Assembly: GCA_964016885.1 (NCBI GenBank) | Contig: OZ024740.1 | Coordinates: 144,770,001 to 144,834,000, forward strand | DNA length: 64,000 nt | From: Eledone cirrhosa | Lineage: Eukaryota | Direction: 5' to 3' | In this document: positions 37,736 through 52,074 of the stretch, one piece after another | Position numbering within the stretch: position 1 is the first letter of the stretch | Layout: each line of letters starts with the position of its first letter | Position numbers and translations under genes: made by a program | Notes under the pieces: generated by a model | Database searches by the model: none | The model's input: the letters and a program-made list of their open reading frames with translations, nothing else | What the model was told of the DNA's origin: nothing

Positions 37736-39350
37736 TCATCATCGTCATCATCATCACCGTTTTACGTCCGTTCTTCCACACTTACATGGGTTAGACAGGT
37801 TGTCCTATTGTGGGCAGTGTCCGGTCGGCTGACCATGTCTTGCTCATACGGGAACTGATTCTGGCTTGATTTCTGCAGCTGGATGCCCTTCCTAACACCA
37901 ACCTAATTTACAGTGAGTGCTGGGTGCTTTTTTACCGTGGCACCTACACGTCCACTTTGCAGTGGGAGTGGGTGCGGGCATATTGTCTATATGATTCAGC
38001 TTCGGCTTGTACTCGTGGGAAGTCGGGTCTTCTGTATTACTGTGTGACGCCAGAGGTCACGGTCATGTGTCATCACATTTGAGACGTGCAATTGGGTAAG
38101 GTCAGCTTTTACCACCTCATCCCAGGTCTTGGGTCTCCCCACTCTGCGGCTTCCATCGCCTTCTAGTGCTCTGCACCTTTTTATGCAGCTGTCATCCTTC
38201 ATACACATCACATGTCCATACCAACGCAACCTCCTCTCCTGCACACAGCATTTGATTCCTCTTCTGCTCAGTCTCTCTCTCAGTTCGTTTATGCTTTGCC
38301 ATTTGCATATATTACTATTACACATCCATCGGAACATGCAAGCTTCGTTTCTTTCTAATCCACACAAGTCTTCTACAGACATCGCCCAGATCTCACTACC
38401 ATGTAACATTGCTGTTCTTATACACACATCATACAATCTGCCTTTCATTTTGAGGGAAAAGCCATTTGCAGCTAGCTGTGGCAGTAGCTCCCTGAACTTC
38501 TTCCATCCCGTTTTTACCCTAGTTATTGTACTTTCCGAACATCCACCTCCGCTGCTAATTCGGTCACCTAGGTAGCAGAAGCTGTCTACTGTTTCTACAG
38601 AGCCCTCCCAGAGTTTGGTGGGGCTTGTTTCTTGTCGCCGTTTGCTGCTTGCTGTCCCAGCGCAGCTGCTACATGTGAAGCCTACATTCTTAGTTAAGCT
38701 TCCTGAGATCTCACTATATCTCTTGTGTACCCATTGTTTGCATTTGGGGCAGAGGATGGAGTTCCTACATACTGGTACCACAACATCCAGCCCGAAACAA
38801 ATGAGGTGTCATGACAAAAAAAACACACAGTCCATGCTGTAATGTGACCATGTAGGTAACACGGTAAAAACCTCCCAGCCCCACACTGTAAATGTGGTTG
38901 GTGTTAGGAAGGGCATCCAGCCGTAGAAAACCTGCCAGACAGTCCTATGCGAGCAAGACAACCACTCTTGCCTCAAGTGGGAAAACACCCGTCCAAACCC
39001 ATGCAAGCGTGGAATATGGACGTTAAACGATGATGATGATGATGATGATGATGATGAGCAAGGCCATTTCCCTGAGGGGATCTGGGTTCTGTTTTCTCAT
39101 CTACTTATGAGGACCTTAATCTTTGTCAGGTTGACTTTGAGACCCTTTCTTTCTAGTCCCTGCTTCCATGTTTAGAATATCTTCTCTAGTTCCACCATAG
39201 ATTCAGCTATAAGTGTGAGATCATCCGCATATAGGAGTTCCCATGGGCATCTGGTCTTAAACTCATCCGTTATTGGCTGCAAAACTATAATGAACAGGAG
39301 AGGGCTAAGAACAGAGCCCTGGTGGACACCGACCTGTATGCTATAGTCAT
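37736..39350 (-). mobile_element. RTE-type LINE fragment interrupted by a nested + strand RTE 3' end
   Basis: ORF 37996-38781 is the RT C-terminus (FCYLGD...RRLRWYGHV). The RT continues at 39058-39350 (PWELLYADDL on the minus strand). (CAT)n tail at 37736. Confidence 0.92.
38774..39057 (+). mobile_element. Nested 5'-truncated 3' UTR and tail of the 9580-10718 RTE subfamily
   Basis: Matches 10486-10718 and ends in a long (GAT)n. Splits the host sequence catactg|agcaaggcc. Confidence 0.88.
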
Positions 39351-39717
39351 TGCGTTGGTTAATATTTGAAATCTCTCTAGTATTGGAGATTTACATGATA
39401 AATGTGCCCAGTAAACTCTGTAAGGTGGTTGGTGATAGAGGACCCGACTACAGAAAACCTGTCAAAGAAAGGGTCAGGATAATTCTTTAGCTGTATTAAA
39501 GACAAGCTCCCTAGTGATGGTGTCACAATAAAATGCATTCAGTAGTGTACAGGACCATATGTAAATATAATGCAAGCCATTGTCCATATGAAAGGTCACT
39601 AGTTCTGCTTGAGTCCTGACGAGTCTGTGAAGACCTGTTCAACCATTGCTAGCAACGAAAACAGACATTGAATGATGATGATGATGATGATGATGATGGT
39701 GGAGGTAGCTATGTGTT

Positions 39718-42700
39718 AAATAATAATGAAAATATTGTGTACAGTGCTCAGGTGCACTACAACTCATCAAAAAGTGTATGTATAGTACATAGGGTAATGT
39801 ACAAACGTCAGGAAAATAAACAGTGCACGAGTCATGATATACACGTGTGCATGTGTATGGAAGGGGTACATCAGGTGTAGTTTGGGCGAATTTCAGGAAG
39901 CATGAGGGTTTTAAAGGATGCAGTGTCTCGGCAGCTAACAACTGACGCAGGCAGTTTGTTCCATGCTTCAGCAACTCTAAGCGTGAAAAAATGTTTCCGA
40001 AAATCATGGGAGCTGTGGTGTTTTCTGATTTTGTAGGCATGTCCACGTGTGTTAGACACATGGAGATCAAAAAGGTGCTCAGGGTTGTTGTTGGCGAGAT
40101 GGTTAATAACTTTGTGGGTGTTTACCAAGTCCATTGCCAGACGTCGGAGCTTCAATGAATCCATGCCCAGAGAAGCAAGGCGTTCAGAGTATGGTAGGCG
40201 TCTGATGGAGGGTATGCGCTTGGTTGCACGTCTCTGAACAGTTTCCAGGAGGTCAATGTTCTGAGCAAGATAGGGGTTCCAGACTGATGATGCGAATTCC
40301 AAGTGTGGTCGTACCATAGCTGTATACAGCTTTAAATAGATGGCTGGAGAGCGGCTAACAAAGGTCTTGCTGAGTGATGCCAAGACACCCTCGGCCTTCT
40401 TGACAATCTTAGAGACGTGCTTTGTCCAACGCAAATCGCTGCTGACAGTAATGCCCAGGTCACGTTCACAAGATGACTTCTTGATATCAGTGTTGTGGAG
40501 GGAGTATGTGTACGCTGGATTTTTCCTCCCAAAATGCACGTTGGTACACTTGTCCGCAGCCAGCTTCAGTTGCTAGTCTGTGATCCATTGCTGCATTGTG
40601 TCCAGGTCTGATTGTAGGAAAGAGTTGTAGATTTCAGGATCAGTCCTTTTGATTTCAAGGTACAGCTTGATGTCATCTGCATATTTCAGTACCGTGGCAT
40701 TCTTTAAGTTGGCATCTATGTCATTAATGTATGCAACAAACAAAAGGGGACCAAGAACAGATCCCTGTGGTACACCAAATGACATCTCATATGGTGAAGA
40801 ATGCTGTCCTAGAACCGTGACTACCTCTTTTCGGCTGAGAATGAAGGATTTCAACCAGTTAAAAAGATCATCCCTCACACCCATTGCAGAGAGTTTCGCC
40901 ATAAGTCTTTTGTGTGGCACAGAATTAAAAGCCTTAGCTAAGTCAAGGTAAACAACATCCACCCATGAGCCGCTGTCAGTGATCCGAGTAATGTCTTCAA
41001 GGAACTCGATAAGCTGATCACAGCAGCTGGAGTTAGGGATAAATCCAAACTGCAAGGGCCGGATGAGGCTGTGAGAGCTCCAGAAGTTCCAAAGTGTTTC
41101 TCTGACACAGGATTCCATCAGTTTGGCAATATAGCTAGTAAGACTGACTGGACGATAGTTGACAGGTGACGTGCGGTCGCCCTTTTTGAACAGGGGAATG
41201 ACACTGGCAGTTTTCCACTGCTCCGGAGTAGCACCATTGTTGAGACAGTATTGAAAGAAGAAAGAAATCTGATGCAAAAGGAAGTACCCGCCACGTTTGA
41301 GAAGCAGGTATGTAACACCATCAAGACCAGGGGAGGCATAGTTGCGCTTATTCTTAAAGTGACGACGCAACATTGCAGGTGTAAATTCCATAGTTGTTAT
41401 GGAATTTGATGTAAGAGATGGTGGAGATGGTACATTCTGGTTTTCAACAGTAAAAAATCTTGCATAGCACTCAGCAATGAGTTCTGCGCATTCTTTGGGA
41501 TCGTCAGTGATTTGGCTTGTGTGGGGAATGCGAAGAGGACTAACTGGAGAATGAGGTCTCTGCTTTGAATGAACATATTTCCAGAACACCTTACTGTCAG
41601 GATTGGTTGCTATGCACTGTTCAAATTCAAGCACTGCCTTTTTTGTCACTTGCTTGAGATGGTTGGAAGATTTATTCTGCTTTTTTCTGTTGGCATCTGA
41701 TTTATGTAGTTTATATTCCCGTTCAGCGTTCTGACGTTCTTTCCTGGCAAGTCGGACTGCTGAAGTTTCCCAAATTACACTTTTGGGGTGTTTTTTTTTT
41801 CTGCTTACATGGCACTGATGCTGCACACGCTATCCATATTGAGTCCAGGATGCTCTGGAATATAGTGTTCACATCTCCAGAGTTATAGAACTCATGCCAG
41901 TTTGGGCGCTGTAGCTCAGTGCAGTACAAGTTCCATTCTGCTTTCTTCCAATCAAAGCAAGCAGATTGGAGATGGTTCTGGTTTTTGTTGCTGCCCGCAA
42001 GAACCAGATTGGCAATGATCATAGCATGATCAGAGTCGCCTAGAGGTTCCTTAGTAGTACAACTGATAACCACTTCAGGAGTAGTGGTGAAGATCAGGTC
42101 CAAAGTGCTGTCACCTCTTGTTGGAGAGGTGACTACTTGTAACCAGTTTGAGTCCAGCACTAGCTCAAGGAAATCGTTTGCACTTTGTTTCCAATGAAAG
42201 GTTTCCCAATCGATCTCAGGATGATTGAAGTCACCTGCAATATACACATAAGTGGCTGTTTTCCTGGCAGCAGCTCTGAGGATATCGCAAAGCTGTGTGT
42301 CCTGATGGTAGTTTGGGGGGCGATAAACAACACCAAGCAGAAGTGTTGACATGGTCATACGTATGTCACAGAAAAAAACTTCTTGTTATTCGTTCAAATC
42401 AACGCAAAGAATTACCGAAAAGTTTGAACGAATGTAGACCATCACACCATCACCACGGCGATTAATACGGTCCTTGACGAACAGGTTGTACCCAGTAATG
42501 CTGAAAACCCCATCACAGAGTAAGGAATGTGCCCATGTTTCTGTGACTGTGATGAAGTCAGGGTCGATGCTTCTGACGTAGGAGTTAAACAGATGTATCT
42601 TCTTGTATAAACTGCGAGCATTTAAGGACAACAATTTGTACCCTGCTTGCAGTTTATGATGGTGTGTAGAGGATGGCAGGTTGTTCTGGTTTAGTTTCCC

Positions 42701-43190
42701 AGAGTTGTTGCAGTTTTTTCATTGCCAGTTATTGTGGTTTAGAGCACACTGAGACCAGCTGGTATCGCTCTTCCACGTTTCACCAGCCTTAACAAACCTC
42801 CAGATCTGCCCATCATCACACAGACTAAAACTTTCATGTTGTGCTGAGTTCCGATTCAAGGAAGCTGCAGCACATAGCTTTGGACATACATTGGGTGGTA
42901 GGCCTGGGCGTGTTCGGAAGGTAATCCGATTTTCATGCCCAGCTTTAACAGAGGCCAGATGATATGAAATTGCCTCAGTGGAGTCCGAAAAAGACAGCCT
43001 GATGAGTGGGTTTTGGACCAGGTCGACCAAGGCGGAGAGCACCCTTCGGGGTAACACAGCCTAGGTCTTTGGCTGAGCTGGCAGCAAATGCCTGAAGATC
43101 AGCCTTGTCCTCTAGTACCCCAATGGCAATTACTTCATGGGTAGCAGATTCCGCAGTCTTCTCGGTGTGCCCAGATACGGCAATCAGCTG
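39718..43190 (-). mobile_element. Near-complete CR1-type LINE (APE endonuclease, RT, partial upstream ORF), antisense in intron
   Basis: EN motifs LNARSL, VTETW, VYRPP, GDFN, LDLIF, SDH. RT motifs YRPVSL, QFGF, YLDLAKAFNSVPH, GVPQGSVLGPLLF, YADD. C-terminus FFTLRVAEAWNKLP; short (TTA) tail. Lesions: TAA 42386-8, frameshift at T10 41791-41800, TAG 40573-5. Confidence 0.93.
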
Positions 43191-43499
43191 ATAATATTTA
43201 TGATTTTAAGAATTGGCTTCCATTATATTGTGAAAGGATTCTTCAGTCATGTCAAGGACAAGACAACCTCTATAGTGCTGGTGATGTGATATATTCACCC
43301 AGTACACTTTGGAAAGTGGTTGGTTTTAGGAAAGATATTATGCCATTGAACCCATACAAAAGTGGAATGTATTTGAGCAAAACGTGGTCACCTTACACTG
43401 TAGCTCCTATAACATACTGACTTGGTCTGTAACAACCCATCCAACACATGCCAGTGTGGAAAAATGAATGTCTCAGAAGAGCTGATAGCTGCATCTTGC

Positions 43500-43697
43500 T
43501 TAACCCCTTAGTATTTGCATTACTCTATATATACTATTGTATTTTCATGGTAAACACTTTATCTCACATAATATCAAATCTATGAGATTTTGAGAACAAT
43601 ACCTTAACATCACTAGTGGCTGGTTATTGCCAGTTTGAACAGGAAGAGGTGAGAGAATTCTGGCCGGATACAGTCGGTTTAACTGCTAAAGGGTTAA
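43500..43697. mobile_element. TTAA-flanked piggyBac-like MITE, family B
   Basis: TTAA-CCCCTTAG...CTAAAGGG-TTAA. Copies at about 26775-26991 and 47367-47583. Confidence 0.78.
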
Positions 43698-45534
43698 AAG
43701 CTCTGCCCTTTACAGAGTGTACTGGGTGCGTTTTATTGTGGCACCAGCACTAGGGATGTTATGACTTTGACATAGATGAAGAGACCCATATATATATATA
43801 TCAGAAAAATCTGGAAAATCAGGAAAATCTGGTTCGTAGAATCAAGACGTATCTGAGGACCTTGCGATTTTCAGAGTCAGGTTCAATCATCACATCGATC
43901 GTGCCTCGAGCTGGTCGCCAGAGAAACGATTGTAATATGTCCAATAAATTCCATTCGTCGCAACACTGATTCTCTTTTTTTCTGTGATATCATATTCTGC
44001 TCTATGAGAGCATCGAGTGCTCATATGGCCTACCACATACGGACGCTTTAAGCATCCAACACCAATTATATATATATATGTTTATTGTGAACACTTATGT
44101 TTTTGTCTAGGTTTAGTGTGGGTGGAAGTTATTGATGCTAATGGGGACACTTAATGAATAAAAAGCAAAATGCTTGTATAACCAAATTGATTTTTTGGTC
44201 ATTTAAAGGAATCGCATTTGATGGCGTTTCATATTAATTGTATTTTAAATCAGTTAGAGTTCCCAAGGAGTAATTAGGAAATTAATGTTTGTGACTACAA
44301 AGTTAATTTTAGCTGTAGATATAAAAAAATATTCCGAAGAATTTTTGATGTTCCATAGACAATAGGAGATAAATGTACTAGTGAGGATGTTCACTATCAC
44401 ATGCAGCTTTTTCCATGAGAGAAATTAATCTTGATACCAAATTACAATCATCAGGTCTACTGTTGTAATTTAACTCCATGTTAGTCCTGATCAAGCAGAT
44501 TTGTGAACAAAGGTGTTCCATTGTGTCTATCTCACTTTTTTTTTCTGTCAGACAGTGCATCTATAACTATTTTATATAACTTGGCCTTTCAAAGGTTGAT
44601 GAAAATTGGATCTATTTCTATCAGGTTGAGCAACCATGTAGAGAATCCTTACAGTATTGTAGTTGCTTACTGAGGTTAATTATAATGCTCACAATACCTA
44701 TTTAGCAATATAGTTTTGTACTAATCAACATTTACTACTGCCATGACATGATTTCTTGTCATCAATATACTATAACCATTGTGAGCTAAGATTCAATGTA
44801 GTACAAATGACTTGATTCAAGCTGCCAATTTAGATGTTGTCTACTTCCCTGCCAACTCAGCTATCTACTCTCTCTATTACATACATACCTGAAATCAACA
44901 AACTAGCCATAAAAGTAATTTATTGTAAAGTCAATTGATAATGGCATTTCTAATAAATCTAATGTCCAGCTATCAACATTATATGTTTCCTCTTTTTTTA
45001 TTATTATATCAGTAATGTTTCAGATGATATTTAACTACCTTGCAGAAATACTTTTCTTTTGAATCTGTTGGTGTTGTGTAGCTCTTAGGAACAACTCAGT
45101 CTAGCACCATAATTCATAATTAGAAGATGTTAGTTTGAGTTAAACTTTAGTTTTTTATTCTGGCTGTGACCAACCATTTACTTTTTATTGTGGGCATGCT
45201 GCCCTAAAATTTATGATCTTAATGTGTAGTTCCCAGTTTGAAAAAGTGGCAAGTTTACTAAAGAGGCAAGTTTACTAAAGAAATTTACCTTCAACATTAA
45301 GTAGGTCAACTGACTAACTACATAGACCATTTTCTTGCTGATTTTTTTTTAATGTAAAAATGTGTCATGAAATAGTAAACAGGCCAAAACACACTTTTTT
45401 TTCTAGTACTGTATTGGCTAAGATTTACTATTATTTCTCCACTATTTCAAGACATAATTTCACACATCATATAAAACATTGACATTTCAATATCATTAGT
45501 ATGAGAGTTTCAGCTAAATTATCCTTACAGCTAC

Positions 45535-46330
45535 AAGTTCTGATTGCTAATTTGCAAGAAGACAGGACTTTGATACTGTCGAGGAAATGGTCTTGCTCAA
45601 TATGCCGAAAAGGGGTGGACAGAAACTCTATAAGGTGCACACAGTGTAATCTATGGATACACAAGACATGTAGTAGGATAACAGGCAGGTTAACAAGGAA
45701 GATAGATTTTGAGCGTGGCAGATATACTGGAGAAATAACTACTAAAAGTGCATGTGAAATAGATTCCTTTAATTGCCTGGGTAACTTACTAGAAGTTGTT
45801 GACTGCTTCTGCAACCTAGGTGACCTAATCTGCAGTTGGAGAGGATGTTCAGAAAGCATAGTAACCAGAGTTAGAACATAATGGAAAACATTTAGGGAGC
45901 TACTACCTCTGATGACAACAAAAGCCTTCTCTTTAAGATGAAGGGTAAACAATGATGATTAGATGCAAACTGCAATGCTACATGGAGTGAGATATAGTCC
46001 TTGACTGTGCAAGATCAGCAAAGACTATAATGAAATGAAGTGTGGGTGTGAAATGTTAGTGTGTATGAACGATGCAGTATAAGTGAGCTGAGAGAAAAAC
46101 TATAAGCGGAGCATGATATAATGTGCAAAAGACTATGTTGGTATGGATATATGCATATGGAAGAAGTACATAGAAATCTCACTAGATGGGAACTCATGGA
46201 AGAGACAGATCTAAGAAGACATGAGATTGAGTAATGAAGGTTGACCTTAGAAATCTGAACCTCATGGCTGATGACAAATGAGCGTGAGGATTGGTGACAT
46301 GCAGTACTGGAAAAGACTTGCCTAATAATA
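45535..46330 (+). mobile_element. Degenerate RTE-type LINE fragment with PHD remnant
   Basis: ORF 45501: KWSCSICRKGVDRNSIRCTQCNLWIHKTCS...VVDCFCNLGDLI...GCSESIVTRVR. Confidence 0.85.
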
Positions 46331-47250
46331 CAAAATAGTTCTGCTATAGTATCTGCTGTACCCTTATATCCTTTCCCCTTCCTTCTTATGCATCGTTTGT
46401 GCAGTGAACGTCATTGCTCTTTAGTAACCTTTCTCATCACCATTGTGGTCTCCCATCACCCTGTTAACCCCCTCTCTTCTCCCACATCACCCTGTTAAAC
46501 TCCACCACACATAAACTCGTGACAAACTTTCTCATCTCCTTTTTTCACATCCTCTTAAATCCCTCCATACAATACATCCATGACATACTTGTCATCTTTT
46601 ATTAATTACCCCCACCCACCTATTGCTGCATACATTGTATTTATCACCCTTCTTACTCCCATCCCACTCTCACTTCCTAAATATTCCTGTCTTAGGTGTA
46701 GAATGCTCTGCAATTGATTAAATGATTGACAACCTTACTAGTGCTGGTGACATGATAAAATGTACCCCCCAGTACAAATTGTAAACGAGTTAGTATTAAG
46801 AAGGGCATCTCCCTGTAGAAATCATGCCAAAAGGGTTCGAAGGACTCTTTAGTCAAGGACTCAACAATCTCTTTAGTGCTGGTACCATACTACATTGGTT
46901 CTGTCTTTTCCATAGTCCCCCTAAGCTTTACACGTATCAGTGGGTCACAAAGCACCATAAAAGACGATATATTCCAAATTTAACTTCATAACTCACCCTG
47001 AAGCCATTGCAATGTTGTCAATAGTATCCACCAATGAAAATCTAAATTAGGATTTTTGTCCAAAAACAAACTAATCAATTTAAAATTATAAAGCATTCAC
47101 AAGAACCAAAAAACATGACATTAAATGTTAATGATGATGATACATGATATTTATTACACTCAGAACTTGGCAACACATTTACTCTCACCAACACTGCCAA
47201 ATTACCAAGAATATGGAGTTTATATGAAGTCTGATATAAGTACAACAGCA

Positions 47251-47707
47251 TTAACCCTTTCATTACTATAATTTTAATGAAAAACCCTGTATTTGAATTA
47301 GTTACTGAAGAATTTGGAAGGATTTACTGAAATGATTAATTATTAAGATGGTATTCGTAATGTAACTTAAACCTTTAACATTTAAACTGGCCATTTCCAG
47401 CCAGAATTCTCTCACCTCTTTCAGTTTAAACCGGCTGTCACCAGCTGCTCATGCTGATGTTAAGGCATTGTTCTCAAAATAAATAATATCAAAATCTTGT
47501 AGATTCGATATTATGTAAGATAAAGTGTTTACAGTGAAAAATACAATAGTAAATGTAGAGTAATGTAAATGCTAAAGGGTTAAGAAACCTTTCTTTATAT
47601 CAAATTATGTTGGAAAAGTTTAATTTAAAAAAGAGCCCTTTCAAATGGCTAGTTTTGTTTTATAGAACCATGGGCAGTTTTGAGTGAGTTGGTATCAAAA
47701 TTGTTAA
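47251..47707. mobile_element. Family A MITE containing a nested family B MITE (47367-47583)
   Basis: Outer ends TTAA-CCCTTT...caaaattg-TTAA. The inner element has TTAA on both sides and is the reverse complement of 43500-43697. Confidence 0.75.
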
Positions 47708-48202
47708 AGCCAGACAAAATTCCATAGTCACGTGATCGACACATTGTTGACAAAAAGACTGCCAACTTCATATTTTGACCATACCTCAAAATTTACAACT
47801 TTTCATTTTAAGCACTGCATGTTCCTATTAAGGCAAAGGCATTTTATTAAGTACAATGTGTGTAAACCTATTTTTCAATATAGTCAAACTTCTATTGATA
47901 TGCATATTGATTTATTGTATAACATACATTAGGGTAACTTTTAATATGTATCAGGAAAAATTTGATTTACATGTCTTGAAGTTAAAGCATCCATTCTTTG
48001 AGCTTTCTTGTCTTCATATAGAGCCTTAACAATATACTCAATGTCTTAAAGACAACCACTTGCTGAGAGCTATGAATTGCTGTACACACTCTTAACAGTT
48101 GCTAAACAGTGAACATTATGTCAGTGTTTAGTTTTATATAAAGTTGCATTGCATACTAATGGTTGATCAAACAAAAACATTTTGAAATTAAAAAAAAGAT
48201 AA

Positions 48203-48355
<153 letters not shown>

Positions 48356-49165
48356 TAAATCCTGTTAAGATTGATTATTACTATTATTTTTAATCCTTGT
48401 TTTGTTCATGTTCATTTGAAGCATGTGAACATCAAATTGGTATTTCTAAACTGAAATAATTGAGTAGTGTATGATCTTGGTCAGCCTTCTTTGCATGTTC
48501 TTATATAATTTTATTTGTAATATCAAACCTTCTGTGATATATTTGCTTTAATCTTTTTTGAAGCTAGATTCTGTTATCATCTTGTGGCATATTCTTATTC
48601 ATTTGTGTTATATGTTCATCCTGGAGCTCCTGTTTTTTGCATGGGATCCAGCACCCATTTCCTGCCCATATAACATTCAGTCAATAATACTTATCTCCCT
48701 AATGTTGATATAATAGCTTCTACTTCTCAGAAATGTATTCTCCTATCTCATTCTCCAGTATTTTATCATGCAGTACTGGTCTCCACCACATTAATTAAAC
48801 TTGTACCCTTCTTTTCTACATCTCACACTGAATAGTGTAGTCGATCAATTGTAATGCTGTTGTTCTTTAGAACTCTCAGCAAGCATTTTTCTTTTTAAAC
48901 TCTGATTTTCTTAAATATTGTCTCTTTAACAAATGATTCTTCATAAAAATGACCCTGTACAATGAGTAATTTCTTTTACTTATAAAATTGTTTTCTTTCA
49001 TTTCATTAATAATTTGTGTGTTGTTGCATTAATGTTTCAAAGAGGATTTTGGTAATTCCTTTTTTAAAATTCTTTTAACATTATTTTTAAAGACAAAGTT
49101 TTCATTTAAAAATATTGTTAGCAGATTTATGTAATGTTATAATCCTTCTTTATTTGTAATTTCAG

Positions 49166-49272
49166 TGCAAAAGTATTAGTGCGAGGAGAACCAAATGTGT
49201 CCTACATCTGTTCGAGATATTATCGAGCCCCAGAATTGATATTTGGTGCTACAGATTACACATGTCAAATAG
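49166..49272 (+). CDS. GSK3B: GSK-3 exon, 107 nt (activation loop; not in the ORF track)
   Basis: tttcag|T...G|gtacat. Encodes [35 protein letters not shown] with the activation-loop Tyr (SYICSR) and APE. Confidence 0.97.
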
Positions 49273-51011
49273 GTACATTTCTGATTCTATTTTGTGTCAA
49301 TATTAAATGGAAATAAACAGTTGAGATTGGATATCTAAATTTCATACCTCATAATATTGTTCTCTGGTTTAGGCACAAGGCCAGTAATTTTGTGGGAGAG
49401 GAAAAGTCAATTAATTGACTGGTATTTTATTTTATCGACTCCGAAAAGATGAATGGCAAAGTTGACCTCAGCAAGATTTGAATGTAGAAATTAAAAAGCA
49501 AATTATACTAGGATCCATTTTCTAAAGACACTTCAAGATATTCTCAGTGCTTTGTCATATGTATCAGTACAGAAGCATACAGTATCATTGATGAAAATAT
49601 GCCGTCATACAGGAAAGACTCAAGAATGAAAAAAAGCTTTCAAAACAAGTATTGAAAGTAAAAATCAACCTAAGCACTTTTACTAACCAACAGCAAATTA
49701 ACCACTAAAAATATAACTCTAACAGTAAAAAAAATGTTATATTTTAACTGCAGAATTTGTATGAATCCTATTGAAGGTGGAACTTATGATTTCATTTAGG
49801 GCACATATTTACTGTAAAGCACCACTTCACTTAGAGCATCTGATAATTTATGTTATTAAATGTAATAAATGTAATGAAGATTACATAGGACAAGCATGAT
49901 TATTTTGTAGGAAAAAATATGACTTAATTGTCAACAAATAAGAGATCCCAATACCAAAGAAATATTCCTAAGTTAAAGTTTGGGCTTATGTGTAGCAAAT
50001 AATTTCCTGAAATACCAATTCTTTCCATTGTACCAATGTGCAATATTGGAATTTTCTAATGTCATTATTTTAAATTGCCTAATCAGTTATTTATTTTCAC
50101 ATAAAAACTATAATCTATCAAAAATCCCTCTAGTTTGAGGTAGTTCTGAAGGACAATTTTTGTAGAGCTCCTCTTGATCAAAGACCAGAAGATTTTCCTG
50201 TAATTAAGCAGACAGAAGAGCTTGTAGGATGTGTGGTGCGCAAGAGTATTCTCTGCTTTATAAGTTAGCTATGAAGATGAAGCATTGATAGTAATAGGTT
50301 CCTTTCAGGAATTGTAGGTTGTGATATTTGCCATTCAGGAATTTTTTTTTTTATACTTTGGTTATCTGAGGAAGGTAAAATGATATGTCTAGTGGATAGT
50401 TTTGGTCATATGGTTTGCCTTCTCAGATGGGTTATAAATAAAACAACTTTGCTGTGAGGAATTGTTGGTATAAAACTTAGCGTAATTCTGACCAGATTTT
50501 AAGTACCAGAGTGATTGTGGTAAGTTGTGTCACATATTGCTTCAAGCAGTTATCGGGCTCTCCAGTTGGGTGCAGATGTAGTGACACATGTGTTTGAAGG
50601 TGATAAAATAGTTCAAGGGTATTTGGTGTCTTTGTCAGAAATATTGATTGGTGTATGTGTGTTGGCAGGACACCTATGGCAAGATGGTTGGATAACATCC
50701 ATGAGCTCAGTTGATCTCGCTTGGGGATCAAGGCAAGTCGATTGGAGACGGTTGCTTCTGATAGGACCCCTAGAGGGCATGCTTGAGGACTCTGCCCCCA
50801 TGACCCTCCCAGGAATAAGTGAGCAAAGAAAATATATATCTATATATATATAGAGAGTGACTGTGGTGCTGAGATCGAGGAGACCATTAATCATAGGAGC
50901 ACTCAATGCATGGGAAGATGCAGAGAGGATATAGAGATATGTAAGCCAAGCAGTTTTGGCTTGTGTGACACACAAGATGAACCTCTTGGCACCACAGTTT
51001 GGATTTTACAT

Positions 51012-51067
<56 letters not shown>

Positions 51068-51071
<4 letters not shown>

Positions 51072-51316
51072 CACGAGAAAAAAAACAAAGTCCACGGTGT
51101 AATGTGGCCGTGTAGGTAACACGGTAAAAAGTTCCCAGTTCCACACTGTAAATGTGGTTGGTGTTAGGAAGGGCATCCAGCCGTAGAAAACCTGCCAGAT
51201 AGTCCTATATGAGCGAGGCATGGTCACCCGACCAACCTTGCCTTAAGTGAGACAACTCCCATCTAACCCATGCTAGCGTGGAAAATGGACGTTAAACGAA
51301 GATGATGATGATGATA
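51068..51316 (+). mobile_element. RTE 3'-tail/SINE copy embedded in (CT)n(TA)n(TG)n
   Basis: Matches 38808-39030; (GAT)n tail. A second, older copy follows at about 51337-51538. Confidence 0.85.
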
Positions 51317-51669
51317 TATATATGTATATATGTTCAGTGCTGGTGCTACTATAAAATACTCCCAGTACATGCTGTAAAGTGCTTGGTGTTAGGAGGAGCA
51401 TCTAGGTATAGAAACCAAGTCAAAAACAGAATGTGTGAATATGACATGATCATCTGACCAGTCTAGTCTCAGAATGTGACAACCCATCTAATTTATGCAA
51501 GCATAGAAAATAGTCATTAAACTTTGATGATGGTGATGTCAGTGACTGTCTGGTGCAGGCAGTTTAGAATCATAAAATATTATACCTCTGTGCCAGAAAC
51601 TGGGAAGAATATGATAGCCAGAAGTGATGTACTTTAAAGCCATTAAATATGATGACTAAAGAAAGCTGA

Positions 51670-52074
<405 letters not shown>

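Noticed and set aside
38129-38575. Long + strand ORF (also 4790-5212, 40649-40951, and 53149-53454 on the minus strand)
   Set aside because: Antisense shadows of LINE ORFs or of a GSK-3 exon.
50180-50900. Possible Penelope/GIY-YIG C-terminal remnant on the minus strand (NWRAR.LLEAI)
   Set aside because: Only one short motif; too decayed to call.
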